From contig CAYLZE010000021.1 in NCBI GenBank assembly GCA_964388035.1, positions 1 through 59,600 of the forward strand: a stretch of 59,600 nt of DNA, given 5' to 3'. The stretch's first letter is position 1, and every line of letters begins with the position of its first letter. The translations under genes were made by a program, and so were the position numbers. Source of the DNA: an uncultured archaeon (lineage in GTDB: Archaea > Asgardarchaeota > Lokiarchaeia > Sigyniarchaeales > SOKP01). Positions 10,883 through 21,924 of this stretch are shown piece after piece. The notes under the pieces were generated by a model that worked only from the letters and a program-made list of their open reading frames with translations, searched no databases and had not been told where the DNA came from.

Positions 10883-11521
10883 TTATATAAACGTTAAATC
10901 TTGATATTCCTCATCGTAGCCACTTTTCTTCGTAAGGTTCAATTCCCTTATCTGTTTGTGCAATTTGAGTACGGCCTTCTTCGCAGTCTCTTCGTCCTTT
11001 ACTCCGGTGCACACAATCTTTCCTGTGGAAAAAATTAGGAATACAGATTTGGGGTCTTGGATACGATATATTAAGCCCGGAAATACTTCTGGTTCATACA
11101 TTGCATATTCCATCAAAATGGTTGCTGCATTTAAATCCACATTAACATGAAGATCTCCAGAGGCAACAATGTTTACTATTTTTACTTGTGGATTAGCAAT
11201 CTTTATCCCTGCTCCTCGAATCTTTTTCACAGCTTTGGCAACGGCTTTTTCTGCTTCAATAGCTTTTCTAAGACCCGTAATTACCATTTTTCCAGTAGAA
11301 AAGATTAAAAAAGTTGCTTTTGGTTTATCAATTCTTAAGATAATACCGGGAAATCGTTCTGGATTGTACTCTACATCGGGTAAATTTTTGGCAATTTTAA
11401 CTAGATCTAATCTCCCTTCAATATCTACCGAAACCGTTCCTACCACGTTTTCTATTTTGAAATCCAAGTCGAAATTTTCATCATCCTTTTCGTTTTCCTT
11501 TTCGTTTTCGTTTTCTGACAT
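10883..11521 (-). CDS. tbp: TATA-box-binding protein
   Basis: Two TBP repeats (YNPERFPG...LIFSTGKMVITG; YEPEVFPGLIYR...LIFSTGKIVCTG) with an acidic N-terminal tail. Confidence 0.98.
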   Translation of the reverse strand: MSENENEKENEKDDENFDLDFKIENVVGTVSVDIEGRLDLVKIAKNLPDVEYNPERFPGIILRIDKPKATFLIFSTGKMVITGLRKAIEAEKAVAKAVKKIRGAGIKIANPQVKIVNIVASGDLHVNVDLNAATILMEYAMYEPEVFPGLIYRIQDPKSVFLIFSTGKIVCTGVKDEETAKKAVLKLHKQIRELNLTKKSGYDEEYQDLTFI

Positions 11522-12145
11522 TTTAACTCTTTAACTCTTCAAAGAATTAATTCATTTAAAAATAAATAAATATATTTTAATTAATAATTATTTTTATAAT
11601 TTTTTATAATACTTAATAATATGAAGATGGTTTTTTGAACACTTTGCTCTTCTTTTAAAAAACACGTGTGATCAAATAAAAATCATCATTTAAATAAGGT
11701 ATTGAAAATTTTTTAATTTTTACTTTTTCTTATAAATAATAAATTTTGAAAAAATATGAATTGGTATTAAATTCTTTTAGAAATTTCTTTTAAAAAAAAA
11801 CCATTTTTCCTCATGTTATTTAAATAGATTTCTGATCAAATATAGGTTAATTTTGAGAGAGTAATTAAATTATTAGGTTTGTCATTAAATTCTAATTGGT
11901 TGGTTAATAACAATAATAAAAGATTGAAGGTAGATATTTCGATTGCTCTCTCTAATGGGCTCCTTTTAGAGGAATCAACCATGAAAGAAGCTTTCAAAAT
12001 TTCATAAAAAAGCATACCTTGCAAAGGAAGGATTAGGAAAAAATTAAAATAATCCCAGATCCTAACTTAGATTACATAATAAGGATTTTAAAAATGTAGA
12101 ATATTTATCTACAATTATAATTAAAAATATGGAAATTATATCATA

Positions 12146-13732
12146 ATGAAAAGAGTTTTTGATTGGAAATTTCCTTATCCTTCCCAGCGCATGCCCATCT
12201 TAGCCAAGAATGTGGTGTGTACTTCTCAAGCATTAGCGTCGCAAGCAGGTCTTAGGATGCTTTTAAAGGGTGGAAATGCAATTGATGCGATTCTCGCCTC
12301 GGCAATTGCTCTCACGGTAGTAGAGCCTACTAGTAATGGCATTGGATCTGATGCGTTTGCATTATTTTGGGACGGTTCAAAACTAGTTGGGTTAAATGCT
12401 TCGGGAAGATCCCCTGCCGCTTGGACTCCTGAATACTTCTCCAAATATAAAAGGATGCCCGTGATGGGGTGGGATGCATCTACCGTGCCCGGAGCTGTCT
12501 CAGCATGGGTAACTTTATGGAAAAAGCATGGTACTTTGGAGTTTAAGGAACTTTTTGAACCTGCCATTAAATATGCTCGAGAAGGGTATTTAGTATCTCC
12601 CATAACCGGATGGGGGTGGAAAATGGTGTCATATCAATATAAAAAATATCCGGAATGGAAAAATACATTTACAATAAATGGAAAAGCACCCAAACCCGGA
12701 GACTTTATAAAACTCCCCTATCATGCAAATACTCTTGAATTAATTGCTGAAACGGAAGGGGAAGCATTTTATAAAGGAGAATTGGCAGAAAAAATTGAGG
12801 ATCATGCGAAAAACACGGGTGGAAGCATGACTCATGAAGATCTGAGGAATAATGAAGCCACTTGGGTAGAACCTTTAGAAATGGAATATAATGGCGTGAA
12901 ATTACATGAAATTCCTCCAAATGGGCAAGGAATTGCTGCCTTAATGATGCTTGGTATCCTTAAAAATTTCGAGATTAGCTCATTTGAGCCGGATTCAAGT
13001 GAAAGCATACATCTACAACTTGAAGCAATGAAATTAGCTTTTGCCGATGCGTATCGATACGTATCTGATCCAAAAACACTAGAATTTGATCCCTCCCTTC
13101 TTCTTAAACCCGATTATTTGAAGGAAAGGGCTGAGTTGATCGATGTAAACAAAGCGAAACACTATGAATTTGGGATGCCAAAAGGAAGCGACACGGTCTA
13201 TTTAACCGCAGCTGACGAAAACGGAATGATGGTGTCATACATTCAATCTAATTTTTTTAGTTTCGGCTCTGGAATTGTAATTCCTAATACGGGGATTAGT
13301 TTTCAGAATCGAGGAGCAGGTTTCACTCTCGAAGAAGGGCATCCTAATCAGGTGGGACCAAATAAACGTCCTTACCATACAATTATCCCAGCTTTTGTCA
13401 CGATGGATGATGAACCTTTAATGAGCTTTGGCGTGATGGGTGGTCCCATGCAGCCTCAAGGACATTCTCAAATGATGATTCGGATGTTTCAATATCATCA
13501 AAATCCACAAGCCGCGTCAGATGCACCCCGGTGGAGAGTTCTTGAGGGCATTAAATCAATCCTGGAAACGGGATTCGATGAGAAAACATATAATGAATTG
13601 CTAAAACGAGGGCACGACCTTTCCGTTTCTCAATCCTTTGAGTTTGGAGGAGCGCAATTAATTTATAAGTTAGATAAGGGATATTGCGCTGCTTCAGACC
13701 ACAGAAAGGATGGTCAAGCCGTGGGATTTTAA
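12146..13732 (+). CDS. ggt: Gamma-glutamyltransferase family protein
   Basis: GGNAIDA, EPTSNGIGSD, nucleophile Thr in SDTVY, PNKRPYHTIIP, GGPMQPQG, SDHRKDG. Confidence 0.95.
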   Translation: MKRVFDWKFPYPSQRMPILAKNVVCTSQALASQAGLRMLLKGGNAIDAILASAIALTVVEPTSNGIGSDAFALFWDGSKLVGLNASGRSPAAWTPEYFSKYKRMPVMGWDASTVPGAVSAWVTLWKKHGTLEFKELFEPAIKYAREGYLVSPITGWGWKMVSYQYKKYPEWKNTFTINGKAPKPGDFIKLPYHANTLELIAETEGEAFYKGELAEKIEDHAKNTGGSMTHEDLRNNEATWVEPLEMEYNGVKLHEIPPNGQGIAALMMLGILKNFEISSFEPDSSESIHLQLEAMKLAFADAYRYVSDPKTLEFDPSLLLKPDYLKERAELIDVNKAKHYEFGMPKGSDTVYLTAADENGMMVSYIQSNFFSFGSGIVIPNTGISFQNRGAGFTLEEGHPNQVGPNKRPYHTIIPAFVTMDDEPLMSFGVMGGPMQPQGHSQMMIRMFQYHQNPQAASDAPRWRVLEGIKSILETGFDEKTYNELLKRGHDLSVSQSFEFGGAQLIYKLDKGYCAASDHRKDGQAVGF

Positions 13733-13775
13733 AGTTTTCTTTACTTAAATCAAGAAACGAGCGAATAATGAAAAT

Positions 13776-14213
13776 ATGAAATTGAAGGAATTTGATGAGT
13801 TTAAGAATAGCCCTACTCCTGAAAATGCTGTCAATTTGGGAAAAGCTATAACTTTATTGAACATCTCAATTAATGGTAAAAGATCCTTGTATGTGGAAGC
13901 ATTTAAAATGTCAAATTACCAAGAACCCGTGGAATCCCTTCTCTCCATGTGGGCAACTGCTTCGATGCTTGAAGATGAAATCTCTATCACGGAAAAAGTT
14001 CTAGCTGTGAGAGACTTTTTAAACAATCCAAATATTGATCCTCAATATATTGAAGAATGGACCAAAACGGTATATAATTTAGATCGCATTTCAAAGGATA
14101 TGCTAGAATTTATTGCAATTGACATTAGAAACCATCAAGGGATTTCAGAAGAATTAAGCCGAAGTTTAGGGCATCCTAGCCCTAAAAAACCATACAAAAA
14201 AGATAGCGAGTAG
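13776..14213 (+). CDS. Hypothetical helical protein
   Basis: 145-aa ORF, 43 nt after ggt. Confidence 0.7.
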   Translation: MKLKEFDEFKNSPTPENAVNLGKAITLLNISINGKRSLYVEAFKMSNYQEPVESLLSMWATASMLEDEISITEKVLAVRDFLNNPNIDPQYIEEWTKTVYNLDRISKDMLEFIAIDIRNHQGISEELSRSLGHPSPKKPYKKDSE

Positions 14214-14662
14214 AGCACTTCTTTCCTTTAAGAATTAAATTCTTTTAAATTAAAAATCTAGTAAAAAAGGTTCAACCTGTTCCTTTTTTTTTAGAGAAAA
14301 AAGTGAAAAAAAATAAATACTAGTATTTTCATTAAAAAGACAAAAACGCATCAAGACAATTTTAAAACATCTGTGAATATCTTTTAATTCTTTTTAAATA
14401 CATGGATATCTATTTATCTTTTCGATTTTATCAATATATTAAGGTAAGCCATGGATTCTATAAAATGGAGATTCTTTATCAACCGTAAATATAAAATTTA
14501 GTAATGTCAAGAATTTATAAAAACTCTATATATTTCCGATTATAAGTTTAGGAGACTGTAGTGCTAAGAACGAAAGAAATTTAAGGGCTCAAGATTGATT
14601 TAAAATTCCTTGTCGAGTAATGCGTTATGGAGTTTGCTTAAAATCAATTGAGGTGATTAAAT

Positions 14663-15670
14663 ATATCCACTGGTTCAAGCATTCTAAATGATCTTAATAA
14701 AATATTCATTCCATGTAGATCTGTATTGGAAATGGAAGTGTTAACTTCATTATTTTTAATAAAGTCCACGTATGATGAAATTAAAGAACTTCCGGAAACA
14801 AGACCCTCCAGTGAGAAGCTTATAAACGTTCTGGGGGTTAACGGAAAAGAATCTTTTAAAAATGCAGTAAAATACTTTAATAGTTATGTAATTCCCAAGA
14901 TAAAACCAATTGTCATGTATCAAAGAATGCATCACGATACTCAACGAATGGGAAATGTAATACCAAATGCTAAAACCCGCGTGTGTCTTTATTTTGCTCT
15001 ACATCGGCTAAAATTAAGATTTTTACTCATTAAAAATTTCGTAGATGAGTTCAAATCCAATAAATTTCAATTAAAAAGCAAGAATATAGGGGAAACAGAA
15101 ATAGAATCGGAATTAGATGAAAAGGAAACCTTTTTATCGGCTTTCTCTGAATTTTACTTTAATAAAAATGAATTGATGCTAAAATCAATGATTCCTAAAA
15201 ATAAAGCATCCAAAAGAGTTAAAAAACTATTGAATAATGAGGATTCAATTACTAGCGAGCAACTATTAATCATGGCCACTTTTCAAGCGGATCCTGAAAA
15301 ACCTAATGTTATTAAATTCCTGATGCGAGATATTAAAGCCTCAATATTTGTATGTAAATTGATATTTGCCAAGATGGATCTTCTTAATCCTTTCTCTCAC
15401 TTGGAGGAGATATTAGATATTGAAGAACTAATGATTAGTAATGATTTTATCCCGGAGTTAATTCCAGCTATTTCCAAGAATTTACAAATTGGTAATGAAA
15501 TTCAAGTTAAGGAATGCGTCAAAGCCTTTGATTTTTTAATGGACGCTGTTTTAAATAGTATCAATAAAGTTATAGAGATTTCTTCAGGTGGGCAAATACA
15601 AATTGGTATTTATGATACGATCTATAATTCTGGAGATCTCCTTAATTCTAATTCAATCGAAATCATGTAG
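14663..15670 (+). CDS. Hypothetical protein; start probably ATA at 14663 rather than TTG at 14726
   Basis: SD GAGGTGA (14650-14656) + 6 nt + ATA, in frame with the 314-aa ORF. Confidence 0.65.
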   Translation: MSTGSSILNDLNKIFIPCRSVLEMEVLTSLFLIKSTYDEIKELPETRPSSEKLINVLGVNGKESFKNAVKYFNSYVIPKIKPIVMYQRMHHDTQRMGNVIPNAKTRVCLYFALHRLKLRFLLIKNFVDEFKSNKFQLKSKNIGETEIESELDEKETFLSAFSEFYFNKNELMLKSMIPKNKASKRVKKLLNNEDSITSEQLLIMATFQADPEKPNVIKFLMRDIKASIFVCKLIFAKMDLLNPFSHLEEILDIEELMISNDFIPELIPAISKNLQIGNEIQVKECVKAFDFLMDAVLNSINKVIEISSGGQIQIGIYDTIYNSGDLLNSNSIEIM

Positions 15671-15943
15671 GCAAAACTTTTTTCAGAATAGAAATTTAGT
15701 CGTTATCTATTAAATAGAGTGGTAAAATTTGGTCTTTTCATACCTTTTTCATTTCTTTTTAATAATATCACCTCAATAGAGTATAACGAGTTCTGTATTA
15801 ATTACGGGATTGAGATTTATTTACCAGAATTAGTGAAATAAACACATGATATTTCAATATTTTTCCAGCTTTGTCTATTTAGCTTACAATTTTTGTTTTC
15901 AGTTATAATCTAATTACAATTTGAAAGGTATAAAAAAAAGAGG

Positions 15944-17476
15944 TTATTTTTTATTCCATTTTTTTAAGAGAGATGTTCCTACAACACTTTTATGTGACTT
16001 GACACCAAGTAGGCTCAGTAAAGTTGGAACGATATCCGTGCTTTTACAATAAGGAATGGTTAGAGCAGGAATATTAGGTGATCCGCCTATTATAAGAGGA
16101 ACGGTCATTGATATTTTTAAAGCAATATCGTGAGAATAGGCATGGGGCTCGACACTTTTCCCGTGCTCATAACTAAAACCATACTCCCCACACGTGGATA
16201 TCATAATATCGGAAGAACGTGGATTTTTAAACGTCCGTGGTAATTGATCAATAACCATGGGGAAATCTATTTGATTAGTTGCCGATAACCATTCTTCAAT
16301 ATCATGAAATTTATTGTCCAGTGGTTGACTTGCATCTTCATTGTTTGCATAACCATATAACTCTTCTCCCTCGTAGGAGTATTTAGTTACTTGATTCTTT
16401 CCATGCCCTTCATATTCGATTTTTCCATGAAAAATATGTTTGGAATTTCCTCCTTTATGATGAATGTGAATGATTCCTTTATCCGGAGTGTTATTATCAT
16501 CTCTATAATACATGTATTTGACTCCAGGAATGTTCCATAATGTTTCAAATAAATCGATTTCTTTTTTACTTGAATTGCTCAAGTGAAATTTTTTTAATTG
16601 GTCGTAAGTTGGATGTTCGTGCCAGGTATCTCCTCTAAAATTAAAGGTTCCTACCGAACCGATAGCTGCATCGAAATCTCCAGTGCCGTTTTTAGGATTG
16701 TATTGCTGCAATCCTACTTCATTGAAATAAGGTTCCAAATCATACATTGACTCAGCTTTATAATTACCATGATCCGAAGTTATACATATAGCCGTTGAGT
16801 CATAATATCCCAATTCCTTAAGCGATTGAATTAAAGTCCCAAGAGACTTATCAATTAGCTTAATTTCATTTATATAATCGGGATGGTCAAAACCCTTTTC
16901 ATGCATTAGACTATCTGTAGCCGGGATGTAGCCAACAGTGACCCGAGGGACTTCATTTGATTCAAAAAACTTTTTGGGATCCTTATATGCTTCTCGAATC
17001 GTATAAAAAACCCCCTCTGTATTATATTGAGGGGGCACGGCAAAACTGGAACCCCTATGAATAATGTTTATGGCGCTTAAATGATTGCCATCTCCTGCCT
17101 GTTCAAATATTGTTTGAACATTCTGACCTAAGTCATCTCCTATGCTCCATATTCCTTTTCTTTCGTTGTAATTCCGAATAAAAGGGAATTTCTTACCCTT
17201 TTGAGGAGAATCAATTCGATTAACCCAGTGATATGCTGGAATGCCGCTTCCTTCTATAGGGTAATATCCCGAATAGGCTCCCGTAATAATGTTTGGATAG
17301 CAGGGAAAAGTAACGGCTGGAAAGGAAGCAATGCAATTTTTTGAATGCATCCCTTCAGATACTAAATATTTCATATTAGGAAGGGTTCCCTTATCGATCA
17401 TTTCATAAGCATGAGAAGATCGAACATCATCCATTATTATTAGGATGATTTGATTAACTTTTGAATCTTGAACCAT
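15944..17476 (-). CDS. Alkaline phosphatase superfamily (nucleotide pyrophosphatase/phosphodiesterase-type)
   Basis: IIMDD, FPAVTFP (Thr nucleophile), TDSLMH, TSDHG, C-terminal SH...TDIVPTL. Confidence 0.9.
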   Translation of the reverse strand: MVQDSKVNQIILIIMDDVRSSHAYEMIDKGTLPNMKYLVSEGMHSKNCIASFPAVTFPCYPNIITGAYSGYYPIEGSGIPAYHWVNRIDSPQKGKKFPFIRNYNERKGIWSIGDDLGQNVQTIFEQAGDGNHLSAINIIHRGSSFAVPPQYNTEGVFYTIREAYKDPKKFFESNEVPRVTVGYIPATDSLMHEKGFDHPDYINEIKLIDKSLGTLIQSLKELGYYDSTAICITSDHGNYKAESMYDLEPYFNEVGLQQYNPKNGTGDFDAAIGSVGTFNFRGDTWHEHPTYDQLKKFHLSNSSKKEIDLFETLWNIPGVKYMYYRDDNNTPDKGIIHIHHKGGNSKHIFHGKIEYEGHGKNQVTKYSYEGEELYGYANNEDASQPLDNKFHDIEEWLSATNQIDFPMVIDQLPRTFKNPRSSDIMISTCGEYGFSYEHGKSVEPHAYSHDIALKISMTVPLIIGGSPNIPALTIPYCKSTDIVPTLLSLLGVKSHKSVVGTSLLKKWNKK

Positions 17477-17569
17477 TAAATATTTGACGCCTTGTAATGA
17501 ATAATAAATATTAATTGAAAAAATACATGTAGCTATTTAATCTTGTGGTAAAATAAAATAAATCGCATA

Positions 17570-20242
17570 TTATTCCTTTCTTAGAATATCTCTTAAAACT
17601 GCTTGCAAAATACCCTTATTTTTATAATAATCCACTTCTACGGGAGTATCTAAGCGTGAAATGACATCAAAAGATCTATTATCACCATTTTGAGATGCAA
17701 TTTGCACTTTTAATTCTTTCCCGGGAAAAATGTCTATTATGCCTTGAATTTTAAAAATCTCTGTTCCCTCAAGGTTAAGAGTATTTGCATTTTCTCCGTG
17801 TTTGAATTGAAGGGGTAAAATACCCATTCCGATTAAATTACTTCTATGAATTCTTTCGTATGATTCTGCAATGATTGCCTCAACCCCTAATAATTTGGGG
17901 CCTTTAGCTGCCCAATCCCTAGAGCTTCCCATCCCATAATCCTTACCCGCGATTATAATGAGTGGGACTCCTTGTTTTTGGTAATACATCGCAGCATTAT
18001 AAATTGATACAATCTCTCCAGTTATATGATTGATCGTCCAGCCACCTTCTTTGGTGACCAATTTATTACGAATTCTAGGATTGGAAAAAGTTCCTCTCAT
18101 CAACACTTCATGATTTCCTCGTCTTGATCCGTATGTATTGAAATCCTCGATAGAAATTCCTTTCGAAATGAGATATTTCCCCGCGGGAGAGCTTTTTGAT
18201 ATTGTCCCCGCAGGGGAAATATGATCTGTAGTGACACTATCTCCTAAGAAAGCTAATACTCTTGCATTTTCAAGATTTTCTAATGGAGGACGTTCAAGTG
18301 AAAAGTCTGTGAAGAACGGCGGTTCTTGAATATAAGTAGAATTCTCATCCCAAGGATAAATATCGCTCTCTGGTGGCATTAATTCATTCCAAAGTTTCCA
18401 GCCTTTAAAGATTTCATCATATTCTTTTTTAAATAAGTTAGAAGTAACGTATTTTGAAATATATTCATTAATTTCTCCTTTACTAGGCCAAATATCCTTT
18501 AAGTACACGGGATTATCATTCTTGTCTCTTCCAAGGGGTTCCTTTTCCAAATTGATCGCAATAGTACCAGCTAGAGCAAACGCAATTACTAAAGAAGGCG
18601 AAACAAGATAATTAGCTTTCACGTGAGGACTAATTCGTCCTTCAAAATTTCTATTTCCACTGAGAATAGATACCCCAATTATCTGTCGCTCGTTGATTTG
18701 CTGAACTAATGAATCATCTATAGGACCACTATTGCCAATACAAGTAGTACAACCATAAGCAACCAAAGAAAATCCCAGTTTTTCTAAATATTCCATTAAT
18801 CCTGCCTTTTTCAAATAATCGGTGACCACTCGAGAACCAGGAGCAAAGCTGGTTTTCACGTGATTTTTTACCTTCATTCCACGTTCTACCGCTTTTTTCG
18901 CAAGCAATCCCGCTGCTATCATGGTTGAGGGATTTGAAGTATTTGTGCAAGACGTGATTGCGGCAATAATAATTGCCCCATTCTCAAAATTATTTCCATC
19001 GGAAATTTTAATATTCTCCTTAGATACTTTAAAAACAGAATTCAATTGTTCCATGAAAGCATCTTTCATATTGTTTAAAGGAATTCTATCTTGGGGACGT
19101 TTCGGTCCTGCTAAATTAGGGTCAATCGTATTTAAATTTATTTCTATCTCTTCGCTATAATCCGGAATGGACTCCTCTGAGGAATAGTATAAACCTACTT
19201 TTAATAAATAATCCTTGACAAAATGAACGTATTTGGTTTCTCGTCCGCTCCTTTTCAAATATTCAATCGTTTCATCATCGACGGGAAAGAAGCCCATTGT
19301 AGCACCATATTCGGGGCACATGTTTGCAATGGTTGCTCGGTCTTCCAAGGATAAGTTTTTCAATCCTGGACCAAAAAATTCTACAAATTTTCCTACCACG
19401 CCATGCTTTCTAAGAATTTGGGTTATATGAAGTACGATGTCAGTCGCGCTTATTCCATCTTTTGGCATGCCTGTTAATCTAACTCCCACTACTTCAGGAA
19501 CGAGCATGTAATAAGGTTTATCCAATAAAACTGCTTCCGCTTCAATTCCACCTACCCCCCAACCAAGAACACCCAATCCATTTATCATTGTAGTATGGGA
19601 ATCTGTACCTATTAATGTATCGGGGAATATAAATAACTCTTGATTAATTTTCTTTATAATTGCTACCTTTGCGAGATATTCCAAGTTAATTTGATGACAA
19701 ATACCTCGGCTCGTGGGAATGATGCGGAAATTGTCAAATACATTTTGGGACCATTTTAAAAACGTGTATCTTTCTCTATTTCTTTCCATTTCTAACTTTT
19801 CATTTTTATCAATGGCGTCTTTTGTTCCATAATAATCTACTTGAATGGAGTGATCTATGATTAAATCCGCAGAAATCATGGGATTTATAAGGGAAGGATC
19901 TCCTCCTGCTCTTACCATTGCTGAGCGTAAAGCAGCAAGATCCACCATCGCTGGTACTCCCGTAAAGTCTTGTAATAAAACCCTTGCTGGAATAAAAGGA
20001 ATTTCTTTATTATCTCCCACTTCTGGAGCCCATTTAGATAACGAAATAACATGATCCATAGTTATTAGATTTCCCTCATAATTTCTAATGACATTCTCCA
20101 ATAAGATTCGTATTGAATAAGGTAATCGTTCAAAATTACCAAGACCTATTTTTGAAATTTTCCGAATATTATAAAAAAATGTTATTCCATCCTCGGACTC
20201 GAGAGTATCTTTTAATTGCTCTTGAAGATTAGTATTCGACAT
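17570..20242 (-). CDS. acnA: Aconitate hydratase AcnA (IRP-like long form)
   Basis: RVLLQDFTGVPA, DHS, GTDSHT, AITSCTNTSNP, GCTTCIGNSG, NRNFEGR, TTDHISPAG, GSSRDWAAKG. Confidence 0.97.
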   Translation of the reverse strand: MSNTNLQEQLKDTLESEDGITFFYNIRKISKIGLGNFERLPYSIRILLENVIRNYEGNLITMDHVISLSKWAPEVGDNKEIPFIPARVLLQDFTGVPAMVDLAALRSAMVRAGGDPSLINPMISADLIIDHSIQVDYYGTKDAIDKNEKLEMERNRERYTFLKWSQNVFDNFRIIPTSRGICHQINLEYLAKVAIIKKINQELFIFPDTLIGTDSHTTMINGLGVLGWGVGGIEAEAVLLDKPYYMLVPEVVGVRLTGMPKDGISATDIVLHITQILRKHGVVGKFVEFFGPGLKNLSLEDRATIANMCPEYGATMGFFPVDDETIEYLKRSGRETKYVHFVKDYLLKVGLYYSSEESIPDYSEEIEINLNTIDPNLAGPKRPQDRIPLNNMKDAFMEQLNSVFKVSKENIKISDGNNFENGAIIIAAITSCTNTSNPSTMIAAGLLAKKAVERGMKVKNHVKTSFAPGSRVVTDYLKKAGLMEYLEKLGFSLVAYGCTTCIGNSGPIDDSLVQQINERQIIGVSILSGNRNFEGRISPHVKANYLVSPSLVIAFALAGTIAINLEKEPLGRDKNDNPVYLKDIWPSKGEINEYISKYVTSNLFKKEYDEIFKGWKLWNELMPPESDIYPWDENSTYIQEPPFFTDFSLERPPLENLENARVLAFLGDSVTTDHISPAGTISKSSPAGKYLISKGISIEDFNTYGSRRGNHEVLMRGTFSNPRIRNKLVTKEGGWTINHITGEIVSIYNAAMYYQKQGVPLIIIAGKDYGMGSSRDWAAKGPKLLGVEAIIAESYERIHRSNLIGMGILPLQFKHGENANTLNLEGTEIFKIQGIIDIFPGKELKVQIASQNGDNRSFDVISRLDTPVEVDYYKNKGILQAVLRDILRKE

Positions 20243-20389
20243 GACTCTAAACCACTAAGCAAATTAATTATTCATTGCAATAATGATTAATGAATTCATA
20301 GTTAAGATTATTTGAATTTATAAATATTAGAACCCTGCTCCTAATATAATTAAAATCGGAACTTGTTAGAAAATATTAATAATTATGTT

Positions 20390-21175
20390 TTAAAATCTCA
20401 AGTATTTTCTCGATCCTGTTTCAGGGATTGTAGAATAATTTTGAAAAACAACTTTAATGCGTTCTGGATTCATGCCAAATCTCCATAAAAAATAGATCAT
20501 AAACCAAAGAAACACTGTTTTAAAAAATCCATATTTTTCCATCCTCCGCGTTGAAGTTAATACAGAAAAACCGATGCATGCTAATTTATACGAATTTTTC
20601 TTGGAATATTTTTTCAGTCTTAACATAAGATCGAAATCCTCACAAATCCATAAGGTCCGATAGCCATTTAATTGTTTGAAAATTGAATTTCGAATGAAAA
20701 TCGCATTGTCTCCAGGAAAAGTGTAAAAAACTCTAACAAGCCAATTTCCCATACTTTGCCAAAACCACGTAGAAAATTTAATGAAGCTGGATACTTGAAT
20801 ATTCGAATTCCAAGACCAATCCTTTTCAAAACCACCGCCTGAATATCTCGGATTTTGCATTTTTTTTACTATCCGTATTATTGCGCCATCAGGAAGAATG
20901 GTATCCGCATGTAAGAATAATAACACATCTCCTTCCGAAATTCTTGCTCCTTGGTTTAATTGGGAACATCTACTAGGATTTTTAGATACTATGATTTTAT
21001 TAGCGAGTCTATTAGCAATAGGAAGCGTGTTATCTTTTGACCCACCATCGCTTACAATAATCTCGATAGGAATACTCCGTCCATTTTTTAATTTGGCACC
21101 ATTCTTTATAGAATCTATGGTTCTTGCGATGCTTGCTTCTTCATTTAATGTAATAATAATGACGCTAATGAGCAT
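20390..21175 (-). CDS. GT2 glycosyltransferase (TIGR04283-like)
   Basis: SVIIITLNEE, SDGGSKD, LFLHAD, PGDNAIF, CEDFDL, TSTRR. Confidence 0.88.
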   Translation of the reverse strand: MLISVIIITLNEEASIARTIDSIKNGAKLKNGRSIPIEIIVSDGGSKDNTLPIANRLANKIIVSKNPSRCSQLNQGARISEGDVLLFLHADTILPDGAIIRIVKKMQNPRYSGGGFEKDWSWNSNIQVSSFIKFSTWFWQSMGNWLVRVFYTFPGDNAIFIRNSIFKQLNGYRTLWICEDFDLMLRLKKYSKKNSYKLACIGFSVLTSTRRMEKYGFFKTVFLWFMIYFLWRFGMNPERIKVVFQNYSTIPETGSRKYLRF

Positions 21176-21207
21176 GGATTTTATAGTTAGTTATAAGTTT
21201 TGATAAT

Positions 21208-21600
21208 TTAAATCCAGAGAGATAAGATAAAACCAGAGACAAGGAAAGAAACGAGATATACACCATATTCGATTAAAAATAATTTAATATTAACCCTATC
21301 CAAGAATAAATTTTGATTAATTGCTATGGGAATTATAAATCCACAATAGACCAAAATGCTTATTAAAAGCCCCAATCCTAATCCTGGATTTCCCAGAACA
21401 TCAAAAATCCATGCTAAAATAAGATTTGTTACGAAAGATGTCGGAACCATTAAAATAGATTCACGAATTATGTTTTTTTTTGGAATCTCGGTTTTTCCTG
21501 TTAATTTGAGCCACGTGTTGCCGAACAATGTTGGCCAATACCAAAAAAATACAATTAAATAATAAGTAGCTGAAGCAACTATAATTGCTAAAAAGTTCAT
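21208..21600 (-). CDS. DUF1761-like 4-TM membrane protein
   Basis: NFLAIIVA..WYWPTLFGNTW pattern; four hydrophobic helices. Confidence 0.75.
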   Translation of the reverse strand: MNFLAIIVASATYYLIVFFWYWPTLFGNTWLKLTGKTEIPKKNIIRESILMVPTSFVTNLILAWIFDVLGNPGLGLGLLISILVYCGFIIPIAINQNLFLDRVNIKLFLIEYGVYLVSFLVSGFILSLWI

Positions 21601-21924
21601 TAAATTCCCTTCTTGTAGTATATTTAATTAATCAGTTTTAATAAGTAAAAAAAACAGTCACAAAATTTAAAATGTTATTCTATAATTTATAAAAAGGATG
21701 TAGAGAATCCTAATTTAGTTAACTGTGAAGTACTCTTTAGTTAAAAATTTAAGAGATTTGGAGCATTACATCTATTATAATTTTTTTAGCATGCTTCATT
21801 GAATTTGAAGTAAGTACTTCATTTCTCTTTATTATGTCGTAGCGAATTATATCTAATAAAAGGTAGGTTTATGAAAGAAATGGTTTATTAATATATATCC
21901 ATGTAATTTGAAAGGTTTTTTTAC

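Noticed and set aside
11813-12052. 62-aa minus ORF / broken plus-strand frame between tbp and ggt
   Set aside because: No recognisable motifs and several stops on the plus frame; at most a decayed remnant
14540-14660. Possible ncRNA upstream of the 14663 gene
   Set aside because: Slightly GC-richer, but I could not find a convincing fold or a known RNA motif
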